A DNA stretch of 63,290 nt, filler included, from Pirum gemmata (GCA_002812295.1; 12 parts of 12 records of this genome joined end to end with filler, not necessarily neighbours in it), one strand, 5' to 3'; shown: positions 13,337 through 26,110, numbered from the whole stretch's first letter. Notes: generated by a model not told the origin, from the sequence alone. Translations and numbers: made by a program.

Positions 13337-14515
13337 CAAAAATTTTAAAATAATAATAATAATAATAAAAAATAATATAATTTATAAAACAATAAAAAAA
13401 ACAGATGATGATGTATGATAGTGATGATGTGGCTGTTAGTTAGAGCTACTAGCTAGCTAGCTAGTGATGTGGGGAAATAAAGAAATGTGGGTTCAGCGGA
13501 AGATAGATAAAATAAATAAAGAGGCTATAACATTTATACTTTATATTTATAAAAAAGGCCTTGGCTATTTTTTGTAGGGTTAGTTTAGGGGTCAGGGGTT
13601 AGGGCCTTATTAGGGGTCAGGGTTAATTAAGGGTTAGGGTTAGGGTTAGGGTTAGGGTTAGGGTATTTGCTTTCTTTCATTTTTTTTTTTTTTTTGCTGT
13701 AATTACCCTTTCATATTACAAATATAAGAATGTAACATTCACTCCTTATATAAAAATTATGAGAATAATAATTATATAATAAATTTTCAAAAAAAGAGTG
13801 AAACATTATCCAATTTCTTCTACCACCAAACAGACAGTAACAATATCAAATTAATAACAAAGCCAGTCAGTTTGTTATTTGTTATTGATTTGAACTTTTT
13901 CTGTTAAATTCTTTTATTAATTAATAATTATTAATTAAGATAATATTAATTAATATTATTAAAAGTCTAAATAAAAAAAACAATTCGTTGTAGCAATCCA
14001 CATTTTCATTGAAGAATTACAGCATAGTTATAATCAATTATTATAATTACTTTATCATTTCCTAGATTTTATATAATTATGTATCATAATATTATCATAA
14101 TTATAAGCATAATAACAGTAACAAAAACATTATTTTGTAGAATATTATAATAATAATTTTGACAAAAACAAAAAGCGCAAAATTATAATTAATTATTAAT
14201 ATTATCATTACTTTATTATTTTCTAGATTATATAATTATGTATCATAATATTCTCATAATCATGGTATGCATAATAATAACAACAAAAACATTTGTAGAA
14301 TGTAATAATAATAATTTTGACAATTACGAAAAGCGCAAAATTTATAGTAATCATAATGGTAATGACAATGGCAATGGCAATGACAATGACAATGGTAAAT
14401 GACAATCACAATAACAATAACCATAACAGAACTACCATAACCATAACCATAACCATAACCATAACCATAACCATAACCATAGCCATAATCATGGCAATGA
14501 ATAATAATAATAATG

Positions 14516-14566
<51 letters not shown>

Positions 14567-14589
14567 TATAATTATATAGACCACGTATT

Positions 14590-14729
14590 GCTATCCTGTT
14601 AGTTCTGGGCATAGTAGTTGTTTGTTTTGGCCCTTAATTAAAACTAACAAAAGAGGTATCTGAAGACTTCTTTTGTTAGTTTTAAGGGCTAAAATAAACA
14701 ACCACCATGTCCAGAACTAACAGGATAGC
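14590..14729. mobile_element. Foldback MITE with ~60-bp arms; collapsed 30-bp derivative at 18567-18596
   Basis: GCTATCCTGTTAGTTCTGG...CCAGAACTAACAGGATAGC and inner TAAAACTAACAAAAGA / TCTTTTGTTAGTTTTA inverted pairs. Confidence 0.8.
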
Positions 14730-16142
14730 TTTTCATAATAATACTATAATGAAATATTATATAGTTTATGATAAGCAATTGTATTGTTCTTTTGGTGTAG
14801 AAATATTGGTTTTTAACCGTTTTTCCTAGTGTTATAGCGTTGTAGTCGTTGTTGTGGATATTGTTGGAGTTGTCGTCTACATTCGGATTTACATGTAATA
14901 TTTTTTTGATGTAGGTTTGGCCATTCTAGTCTATTCTTACAGGTTTGTCTATGTTCAAAGATTTTTAGTTTGACTTCTGGTGGAAATTCTTTGGAATAGT
15001 ATTGGCATTGAAAGGGTTGGGGTTTCGACGTCTACTGTCTTGTTGGTTTTCTTTGGGTTAGCATCCATATGTGACTTTTTCGAATTTTGGCAGTTTTCTT
15101 TTATTGATTCTTCTATTTCTAATTCTCTTCCTATTATACTACTGTTTATCATGATTATTTGTAGATTCCAACTATTTGAAGGTGTTACCAGTAGTTTGGA
15201 CTTTGAGCGTATTATTTTCTATTTTTTTTTTTTTTTTGACTATTTTTAGCTATTTTTGTTAACTCATATAATTGTTTTGAGCATGCTGAGTGGCTGTTTA
15301 CTTGTTTGTAAGTGTTTCAATGGGGCAGTATTGGGAGATATTGACTCTATTGAGACAGTTATTGGGGTGTAAAATTTTGCTGGGAAATTTGGAAAATTTT
15401 GTGGGCCAATTTGTGACTGCAAAATCTCAACAAAAAATGGTTGGTGCAAACTATAGAAAAAACAAATGGGGATAGATTGGATAGGCTAATGACTGTGGGG
15501 ATTTTGGGGGGGGTTTGCTAGCTAGCTATTAGGGTTTGCAGGAACAACAGAGTACCATAATAGAGTGAAGAGTCCCTGTGCTGGGGGGATGGGGGTTGAT
15601 TCTTGGGGGTTGATTAGTCTAGCTAGTAGCCTTTTGTGCTCTTTCGTCTAGCTAGTAGTCTCAGCATCTTTATTGTCTCTCCCTTATTATTATTATTATT
15701 ATTTTATTTATTATTATTTATTATTATTATTATTNNNNNNNNNNNNNNNNNNNNNNNNNNNNNNNNNNNNNNNNNNNNTTAATTAATTAANNNNNNNNNN
15801 NNNNNNNNNNNNNNNNNNNNNNNNNNNNNNNNNNAAACACAAACACAAACACAAACACAAACACAATACACAAACACAATACACAAACACAAACACAATA
15901 CACAATACACAATACACAAACACAAACACAAACACAAACACAAACACAATGGCAATCACAATCACAATCACAATCACTATCGTAATAACAATAACAATAA
16001 CAATAACAATAATAATAATAATAACAAAAACAAAAACAAAAACAAAAACAAAAACAATAACAATAACAATAATAATAATAATAACACTTGGTTAGGTACG
16101 CAATATGTAAAATCTGTTCTGAGTAATAGCATCGGCTATTTC

Positions 16143-18269
16143 ATGGCAAGCTCACCAGAAGATGTAGATTTTTGGAATAGAGTTGAAGAAAGAGCGAGTG
16201 CAATAAAAGTACAGAAATTAGAAGAAAGGTTAGTCACTTTTTTTTTTTTCAAAATTTAGTAAGATTTAAGTGGTTTTAGTCATTTATCCCTTTTTGTTTG
16301 ATGACTTTTATTGAATTCAAAATTTCGTAATACATTTAAGTGGTTTTAGTCATTTACCCCCTTTTGTTTGGTGACTTTTATTACCTTTTATTGACTGTTA
16401 TCGACATTTCAAGTCATTTTAGATGAAAGAGACAAAGTACCGTAAATTACATTATACTTTTTAAATACAGTAACAACAGTATCGAAACCTCACATCCACA
16501 CACCTCACGAATAAAAACAACAATATTGAAACAACACATCCACACACCTCACGAACAACAACAAAAATAATAAAAAAAGTAAAGAAAAGGTTTTTTATAT
16601 AAATTATATTATACTTTTTAAATACAATAACATCTATATCGAAATCGAAACAAAAACAATGATATTAGATCAGGATAAGGTCTTTTGAGAATAATAATAA
16701 TAATAGTAACTATAAAACTTAAATGAAATAAGTTTTCAAATAATGGCAACGACATTATAGTTATTTAAATAGGGTTTCTAGCTAATAAAAACCATAAGGT
16801 GGTTATACTAGGTTTAGTGTTAGTCAAAGTTTAAATAATACTTTCAAGTTATGGTTGGGTTAGGGTCAGGATCAGGGTTAAGTTAGCTTTAGCTTTAGGG
16901 TTAGGGTTAGGATTAGGGCTAGGGTTAGGATTAGGGCTAGGGTTAGGATTAGGGTTAGGGTTAGGGTTGGCGTTAGGGTTAGGGTTAGGGTTAGGGTTAG
17001 GGTTTGGGATAGGGTACGGGTTAGGGTTTGGGTTAGGGTTAGGATTAAGGTTAGGGTTAAGGTTGGGGTTAGGGTTAAGGTTAGGGTTAGGGTTAGGGTT
17101 AGGGACAGGGTACAGGTCAGTGTCAGGGTTAGGGTTAGGATTAAATGCCAGGGCTATGAAGCCTTGTAATAGGACATCCAGTATTAATTGTTGAAATCCT
17201 TATTGATTTATACTATTTGACAGTGAATCAGTGGTCTGGGATTGTGAAGATTTTTGGGTGATGTGGAGTATGTGTACGAGAGCTAACGGGCAATTTAATT
17301 CTCAATATAGACACGGTGAGTTTGTTAAATTACTTATTAATAAAAAATCGCCTAATTAATAAAAATCGCCTAATTAATACTACAGCGTAATAGTTTAAGC
17401 CTAACCCGTTGGATAATATATTGCTTTATCATAAACTTAACTCTAACTCTAACTCTACTGTACACCAAACCCTAACCCTTACCCTCACCCTCACCCCCAC
17501 GCTAACGCTCTCCCTCACCCCCACGCTAACCTTAACCCTGTCCCTAACGCTAACGCTAACCCTAAAATCTTAAACCTAGCGCTAACCCTAAACCGATTTG
17601 TATAAACCGTTTGCTTAAGTACCCATTTGTTAAGTGCCCAGTTTTTGCTTAAGTACCTATTTCTTTTAAGAACCCATTTTTTAAAGTACCCTTTTATTTA
17701 CCCATATGTTTTAGACAGGCATTAATCTAACTCTATAACTATGTTATTACTCGTTAATATCGATAACCCTAACCCTAACTCTAACTCTAACTTAAGGTGC
17801 ATCTAGTGATTGCATGAAATACAAAAAGGTATGGAAGAGGTGTATGAAGAACAAAATCATTTCAGATCCGATTGTTCGACAAGCACAACGGGAAGAAACC
17901 TTAGAAGTCTTTAAAATAACACCAGTGTGGGAATTACGAACCGAGCCACCTCCTGTATTTGCCCAATTACAAAAGGAAGAAGACGAAAGAGTGGAGAATC
18001 TCAAACGACAAATAGAAAACGAAGACAAAGATATGGACGAATTGCGTGATTCTTCGCCTGCACCAATTTATGCGCGGGACATTAAAAACTATCTACGGCA
18101 GTTATGGCCAGAGCGACCACAATTGACCCATAGAGTGCTTAAGAATTATCTAAGTAGCTTAATACCACAGCGTGCAGTAAACGAGGAAGAAGAAGACACC
18201 GAAGAAATAGATATGATTTTGAAAATGTTTAAAAACAATAACGATAAGGCAGAAGAAGAGGTTGTTTAA
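16143..18269 (+). CDS. DUF3128 / EMI1 / C22orf39-like twin-Cys protein, ~216 aa; join(16143..16228,17224..17315,17797..18269)
   Basis: Phase-compatible GT-AG exons give ...[42 protein letters not shown]...[10 protein letters not shown], matching the C-x9-C..GQF..YR.G..C-x9-C..VWELR pattern of this family. Confidence 0.8.
16850..17142 (+). repeat. Interstitial telomere-like (TTAGGG)n array in intron 1
   Basis: Dozens of perfect and variant TTAGGG units. Confidence 0.95.
17436..17791 (-). repeat. Degenerate (CCCTAA)n arrays in intron 2
   Basis: CCCTAA/CTCTAA/CGCTAA units at ~17436-17592 and 17764-17791. Confidence 0.9.
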
Positions 18270-18521
18270 CTTTTTGAATTTAAATTTCAGGTTTCCTATA
18301 GCTAGTATTAGGCTATTAAAAGGTTAATTTATATTTTATACACTACGCTAATGAGAGCTATATATAGTTGTACTTATTTGTGCAAATCAACCAAAACTTT
18401 ATTGATTTGTTACTATTACCGAACATTGCCAATTAATTAATTAGATAATGCGTGAAGTATCAGGGTTATATAATATTATTGTATGGGTCCCAAATGTAGG
18501 CTTTTCGGCATTTCTATTATT

Positions 18522-18565
<44 letters not shown>

Positions 18566-18847
18566 CTACCCTGTTAGTTCTAGACCTAACAGGATAGACG
18601 TTGGTGGTCTATATGTTGCTGTTACTATTATTGTTATTGTTAATGTTATTGTTATTGTTGTTGTTATTGTTATTGTTATTGTCATTGTCATTGTTATTTT
18701 ATTGTTATTGTTATTGTTATTGTTATTGTTATATAATATTGTTATATAATATTGTTATTAATATATTGTTAGTAATAGAATTGGTATCAGTAGAGTTAGT
18801 ATTAGTATTAGTATTATTAATATTATTACTATTTTAATGTATAACGT

Positions 18848-19230
18848 TATTGGTATTGTTATAATTTTAATTATTGTTATTGTTATTGTTATTGTTATTG
18901 TTATTGTTATTATTGTTATTGTTATTATATATTGTTATTGTTATTGTTATTATATATTGTTATTGTTATTGTTATTAGTATATATTGTTATATATATTGT
19001 TATTCCTATTGTTATTGTTACTGTTACTGTTATTGTATAGACATTGGTGGTCTATAAAATAACAATAACAGTAAACAATAACAATAATAATAACAATAAC
19101 AATAACAATATTATATATAACAGCTATATAACTATACTAATAACAATAACAATAACAGTATATAAAAATAACAATAACAATAACAATAACAATAACAATA
19201 GCAATAATTAAAATTATAACAATACCAATA
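18848..19230. repeat. ~380-bp palindrome with (TTATTG)n/(CAATAA)n arms
   Basis: TATTGGTATTGTTATAATTTTAATTATTG at the left end is the exact reverse complement of the right end; centre TATAGACATTGGTGGTCTATA. Confidence 0.85.
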
Positions 19231-20544
19231 AATTTAACAATTACAATAACAATAACAATAACACTACTAATAACAATAACAATAACAATAAAACTTGTGA
19301 GGTATGTAAACGTGTTAAAAAACTGTGTGCTTTTAGATTTGGACTTTATGATAAGAATGTTCTTTACTTCGAATTAATTCAAAATAAATATTGGAGCTGA
19401 GAAAAGGAAAGCAGATCCTAGTGATAAGACGATTAGAAAGCGCATGTTCTGCAACCTGATGTTCTTTAAATGTTGCTACTGGTAACTAATACTTGTGCCA
19501 TTTGTGGTGAACGTGCGGGGCATTGCTTTTGTAAAACATGTAAAAAGCCCAGTTGATTCAAAAGACTGTTCGATTATGCATCTATTCTATCTTAATGCCA
19601 TAAAACTTGAAAGCTTGAAATTAAATGTTTTGTGGAAACAAATTGGTGATTATCGTGATGAATAAATTTTCAGACTAGGTGTTTATTTTAAAATATTATT
19701 AAATATTATTTATTATTTTTATTGTACTGTACGCGTAAATATTAATAAATAAATGTCCCCCAGAATCTGCAGGCTATTCTTTTTTAGTTTTCAACACCAA
19801 TAATATCAATAAACAAGGGTTAGGGTTACGGTTTGAACACTAGTAAACTACATACCGCAGTAACGAGTTGAGTTAGTAAGGTAACGTGTCTTTTTCTCAG
19901 TGCGCAGCTGCGCTGCCCTCTTTCCGTTATATTCCCACAGGCCCTATATATTATATTTAATAATTTTTTGTGAACAATAAAAGAAAAAAAGAAAAAAAGA
20001 AATTTCCATTTACTTCTAAAATTTTATTATTAATGCTAATTAATAAAGTCGAATTCCCACCTTTTTTATATACTATATAAATTATGTTTGAAAATTTAAA
20101 ATCTATTATAAGACCCTATAATAAATTATATAAATGAACTTGATAGAAATCCTTCCTATATGTTACCGAGTACATGACTTTTGACTTTGTTGATGTTAGA
20201 GTCCAGTATGTAATATCAAATTTAATAAAGTTTTTGTGAACGATAAGAAAAAAATTAAAAATATATACAAATATTTAATAAAAGAAATTTTACCAATAAT
20301 TTTAAAAGTAAAGTAAAAATAAATTTCGTGTAACGAGATAATGAGTAGTGAGTGAGATAGCGAGCAAATAGGTGTAGTTCGACTTTGTAATTCAAACGTT
20401 ATTAATAATATTAATAACATGTTTGAATTACTTATTGACACTCACGTACAAGATAGAATTCTTATTTATAAATGGGGTTTTTCTTATTTCGATTTCAATA
20501 CTGTTTTTATATCATTGTATAAAATTATGTAAAATATATTAGAG

Positions 20545-20780
20545 TACCAGTAAAAAATCTGAAGATGGAAAAATCATGGAATTGAATCTAGAAGGGTATT
20601 TTTGTCAACTAAAACAACTAGATTGGTATTTCAAACTCTTTAATTAACATCTGGGTACACATTTTTTTTTTAGCAAAATAAAGGACCAATCTAGAATCTA
20701 GATGCCTTAGTTGACAAAAATACCCTTCTAGATTTAATTCCATCTTTCAAATTTTATCATCTTCAGATTTTTTACTGGTA
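20545..20780. mobile_element. TA-flanked MITE with long (~85-bp) imperfect TIRs, Tc1/mariner-like target
   Basis: TA-CCAGTAAAAAATCTGAAGATG...CATCTTCAGATTTTTTACTGG-TA, plus inner TCTAGAAGGGTATTTTTGTCAACTAA inverted pair. Confidence 0.85.
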
Positions 20781-21236
20781 TGTCAATAATGTCATAAATG
20801 AATAATTTTTTTGTTGTTTTATAATTATTATTATTATAATAATATCATAATAATAAATAAATCAATTGATCAAAGGAGTTGAAAATAATTATTTAGAACT
20901 AATAATTAAATTTTTGTCCTGTCAGATGTATTCCTGTGGATTTTACAAACTTTTTACAACCATTTTTTTTTTTTTTTTTTTTGATATTTTTCATAAATTT
21001 CATAAGGCTCGCNNNNNNNNNNNNNNNNNNNNNNNNNNNNNNNNNNNNNNNNNNNNTTAATTAATTAANNNNNNNNNNNNNNNNNNNNNNNNNNNNNNNN
21101 NNNNNNNNNNNNATTATTGATTATTATTATTGATTATTATTATTGTTGATTGTTATTATTGATTGTTATTATTGATTGTTATTATTGATTATTATTATTG
21201 ATTATTATTATTGATTATTGATTATCATCTATTACC

Positions 21237-21269
<33 letters not shown>

Positions 21270-21457
21270 CAATTAATTTAATAATTCATATTTTATTTTA
21301 TATTTTAATTTATATTTTAATTTATTTTTTAATTTATTTTTTAATTTATTTTTTAATTAATCAATTTATTAATTTATCATCGTCAGTATCAATACTATAC
21401 TTTTGAATTCTTCTAATCTTTACATATATTATATTATTGTTTTATTTATTTGTTTAG

Positions 21458-22792
21458 AAACGGGAACCATTTCACTCTCCTACTTCATTAATTGTCATAG
21501 TAATGATATTGGCTTCAGTTATGATTATTTTGTGTGTTCTATTTGGTGTTATAACAAATAAGTTCAAACACATCATTGTTTTTCGTTCCGCTTCTACATT
21601 TTATTTACTTGTGATGTTATTCGGATGTATTATTCACTACTCATCATTATATTTTGCTGCGTCTCCTAAGTTAACCGATTATACTTGTATTTTGCAAAAA
21701 TGGTTTGAGTATATGGGTTTTAGTATTACATTCGGTGCTTTGTTGGTAAAAACATTTCGAGTAGATCAAGTATTTAAAAACATGAGAAAGACAAAATTGA
21801 ACGATTTGTTTATTTTGAAATTTATGTTTGTCCCAATCCAAATAGTCTTTTTAGTATTTTTGACGTTGTGGACTATTATTGATTCTCCAAGAGTTGAGTT
21901 TAACATTTTTGATCACGAGTTACACGAAGCTTGCTCTTTCGATTATTTTGATTACATTGGTATTGGTTTGGTATTTATTATCCTAATTGCTTCCTCATTT
22001 TTGGCCTTTAAAGTAAGAAACGCTCCTTCAGCTTTTAACGAATCCTCTTATATTGGTTTTAGTGTATACAATTGGTTTTTCATTACAGTTATTCATGTAA
22101 CTTTACAGTTTCTCTTAGATCATACTAGTCTTGTAGAATTAGTTTTATTTTTTATTCAAGTTTGGATCCCAACTACTATTATGTTGTTTTTGATGTTTAT
22201 GCCTAAGTTTTATTTACTGATGAGGAAGAAGGGGGATGACGTTGCAACTACGGTTATGAAAGGAACTAAACAATCGCATTACGATACAGTAAATAAAACA
22301 GCTTTATATGATGATGAAACTAAAGAAACTATTAAGAATTTACAAAATGAAGTTGATACTTTGATCCGTGAAAACACCAACTTGAAATCTACATTGATGA
22401 TGTGTAACACTATGCCAATGCAAATTATGGATGATGATGATGATATGATGGACGATATGACCATGCAAAGCAGCGCAAGTCATATGGGCAAAGAATTAGA
22501 TATACATGGAAATGAAGACAACTACAGGTACTTTTTATTTTATTTTTATTTTTAATTTTTGAATTTTACATATTTTTTTTTTACTGTATTGTTTTCTTCC
22601 TTGCTTATCATAGGCTTGTTATTAATACTTTTTTCTTTTTTTATTTGTTATATGTTTATATTGCTTTTGTTATTAATATTATTTCTTTTTATTTATTGAT
22701 ATAGGTATAGCTCTAATAATGAAAACGAAATTGTCATTCCTGAATACGAAGAACCTTCTCCTTATGCGTCCCAAGATATTTTTCAGGCTTAA
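21458..22792 (+). CDS. Class C (GABA-B-like) GPCR, 7TM and C-terminal tail, 5'-partial; join(<21458..22527,22705..22792)
   Basis: Seven hydrophobic segments; motifs FRSAS, C..QKW, GALLVKTFRV, KVRNAPSAFNESSYIGFSVYN, FMPKF; coiled-coil after TM7; splice sites at 21457/22528/22704; upstream exons probably lie beyond the contig start. Confidence 0.9.
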
Positions 22793-23134
22793 AGTATTAA
22801 AGGGCAATACTTTTGAAAAACTGTCTTTTTCTTACAATAGCAATGGAAAAACAATATGTAGCCTATATTTTGTTTTTGAAATTTTCACTTGCAACTTTTT
22901 TATTCTTGTTATTTTTTAGACGAATAAAATAAATTAGAAACCATTATTATTATTATGATTATTATTTTGATTTTTGAATGAATACACAGGAAAATAGAAA
23001 AAAGTGAAACTACATTAAAAAAATCTGTCTAAAACATTTTCATAAAGCAAGTTGAGGGAGATTTCTTTTTTTGGAATTTATTATTTGTAACAACTTTTAA
23101 AAAAATCGCTAAAGGATTTCTCTTATCTATTACT

Positions 23135-26110
23135 ATAACTTTTTTATAAATAAAGTCCATTTCGATGATACTAATGATATTGTCATTGTTACTATCAACT
23201 ATAACCTATCATACATCAACTTTTTTTTTAATCTATTATTTTTTTTTTCACTGTTTATCGTTCAGTAATGACTAATTATTAATATATTGCTATGTTATTA
23301 TTAAGTTATGTCCATTTAAAAATAAAATTAATTTCGATGTTACTAATGATATTGTTATTGTTATCAACTATGACCTATCAAGCATTTAACTTTTTTTCTA
23401 GTTAGTAGATTTTTTTCACTGTTAATTGTTCATTAATGACTAATTATTAAAATATTGTTAATTGTTCATTAATGACTAATTATTAAAATATTGTTATGTT
23501 AATATTAAGTTATGGCTATTTAAAAATAAAATCAATTACTATGACACTTATGATATTGTAATTGTTGTTATTAACCATAATCTATCAAATATCAGCTTTT
23601 TTTTATTCTATTTTTTTTTTCCACTGTTTATCGCTCATTAATGACTAATTAAAAGATTGTTATTGTTAAATTATGGCTATTTAAAAATAAAATCAATTTC
23701 TATTATCATTGTTATTATAAACTATAACCTATCCAACATCAATTTTTGTTTTATTCTATTATTTTTTTTCCGCTGTTTATCGTTCATTAATGGCTAATTA
23801 TTAAAATATTGTTATGTTATCATTAAGTTATGGCTATTTAAAAAGAAAATCAATTTCTATGGCGCGCATGATATTGTTATTGTTATTATCAACTATAACC
23901 TATCGAACATCAACTTTTTTTTTTTAATCTATTATTTTTTTCCCACTGTTTATCGTTCATTAATTACTACTTATTAAAATATTGTTATGTTATTATTAAA
24001 TTATGGCTATTTAAAAATAAAATCAATTTCTATTGTCATTGTTATTTTGAACTATAACCTATCCAACGTCATCTTTTTTTGTTATTCTATTATTTTTTTT
24101 TTCACTGTTTATCGTTCATTAATGGCTAATCATTAAAATATTGTTATGTTATTATTAAGTTATGGCTATTTAAAAATAAAATCAATTTCTATGACACTAA
24201 TGAAATTGTCATTGGTATTATTGACTATAACTTATCAAACATCAACTTTTTTTTATTCTATTATTTTTCTTTTCGCTGTTTATCGTTCGTTAATGACTAA
24301 TTATTAAAATAGAATTTTAAAAAAAATGGTGTTTGATAGGTTATAGTTCATAATAACAATGACAATAGAGATTGATTTATTTTTAAATAGACATAATTTA
24401 ATAATAACATTTTTTTTTCACTGTTTATCGTTCATTAATGACTAATTATTAAAATATTGTCATGTTATCATTAAGTTATAGCTATTTAAAAATAAAATCA
24501 ATTTCTATGACACTAATGATATTGTCATTGTTATTATCAACTACAACCTATTAAACATCAACTTTTTTTTTATTCTATTGTTTTTTTTTCGCTGTTCATT
24601 GCTCATTAATGACTAATCAATAAAATATTATTGTTGTTATTATTAAGTTATGGCTATTTAAAAAAAAAAATACATTTCTATGATACTAGTGATAATTGTC
24701 ATTGTTATTATCAACTATAACCTATCAAACATCCAACTTTTTTTCTATTCCATTATATTTTTTTTCACTGTTTATCTGTTAATGACTAATTATTAATATA
24801 TTATTATGTTATTATGTTATGGCTATTTAAAAATAAAAGCCACTTCTATGATACTAGTGATATTGTCATTGTTATTATCAACTATAACCTATCAAACATC
24901 CAACTTTTTTTCTATTATATTTTTTTCTCTGTTTATCATTCATTAATGACTAATTATTAAAAGTTATTACATAATGGCTATTTAAAAATACAATCCATTT
25001 CGATGATACTAATGATATTGTCAATGTTATTATTAATTATAACCTATCAAATATCAACTTTTTTTATTCTATTTTTTTTTTTTACTGCTTATCGTTCCTT
25101 AATGACTAATTATTAATATATTGTTATGTTATTAAGTTAGGGTTATTTAAAAATAACACCTATTTCGATAATATTAATGATATTGTCATTGTTATTATCA
25201 ACTATTGCCTATCAAACATCCGTCTTTTTTTTTATTCTATTATTTTTTTTTTACTTTTATCGTTCATTAATGACGAATTATTAATGTATTGTTAAGTTTT
25301 ACTATTAAGTTATGGCTATTTAAAAATAAAACCCATGTGGAGGATGCTAATGATATTGTACATGCCATTATTATCATTAACTATAACCCATGAAACATCA
25401 ACTTTTTTTCTATTCTATTTTTATTTTTTCACCGCTTATCATCCATTAATGACTAATTATTAATATATAGTTATGTTATTGTTAAGTTATGGCTATTTAA
25501 AAATAAAAAAATCCATTTGGATGATACTGATGATATTGTCATTGTTATTATCAACTATAACCTATCAAACATCAACTTTTTTTCTATTCAACTATTTTTA
25601 TCGTTCATTAATGACCAAGTATTAATATATTGCTATGTTATTAATTTATGGCTATTAAAAAAAAAAATTCATTTGGATGAGGTTTTAATGATATTGTTAT
25701 TATTAACTATAACCTATCAAACATTAATTTTTTTTCTATTCTATTATTTTTTTTCACTTGTTTATCGTTTAGTAATGATTCAATTACTATTTTATTTTGT
25801 TATTATGCTATTGCTATTTTAAAATAAAGTCCATTTGCATTGTTACTAATGATATTGTCATTGTTATTATCAACTATAGGCCATCGATCATCAATATAAC
25901 TCTTTTGCTATTCTCTATTTTCTTTCATTATTCATTGTTATTTAATAATCAATTATTATTATTATATTATATAGTATCGTTATTATCAATTGGGTCAACC
26001 AACCATCAAGTATCAACTTTTTTCTGACCTCTTATTTTCTTTCCTTGTTTATGGTTTATTAATACCCAATTATTATTATATTGCTACATTATTATTATAT
26101 TGTTTACTTT
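23135..26110. repeat. AT-rich tandem satellite, unit ~155-180 bp, roughly 17-18 copies, with an internal inversion at ~24315-24410
   Basis: Recurring GGCTATTTAAAAATAAAATC...ATTGTCATTGTTATTATCAACTATAACCTATCAAACATCAAC...TTTATCGTTCATTAATGACTAATT. Confidence 0.95.

Noticed and set aside
14955..15475. Short ORFs on both strands
   Set aside because: No recognisable motif or consistent splice chain
16967..17194. (GL)n ORF, and the (RV)n ORF at 43423-43698
   Set aside because: Translations of TTAGGG arrays
23135..26110. Satellite as a CRISPR array or as a coding repeat (minus strand reads VIVDNNNDNIISVIEIDFIFK)
   Set aside because: The whole unit is repeated with no unique spacers; frequent TAA, TAG and TGA stops and variable homopolymer indels break every frame
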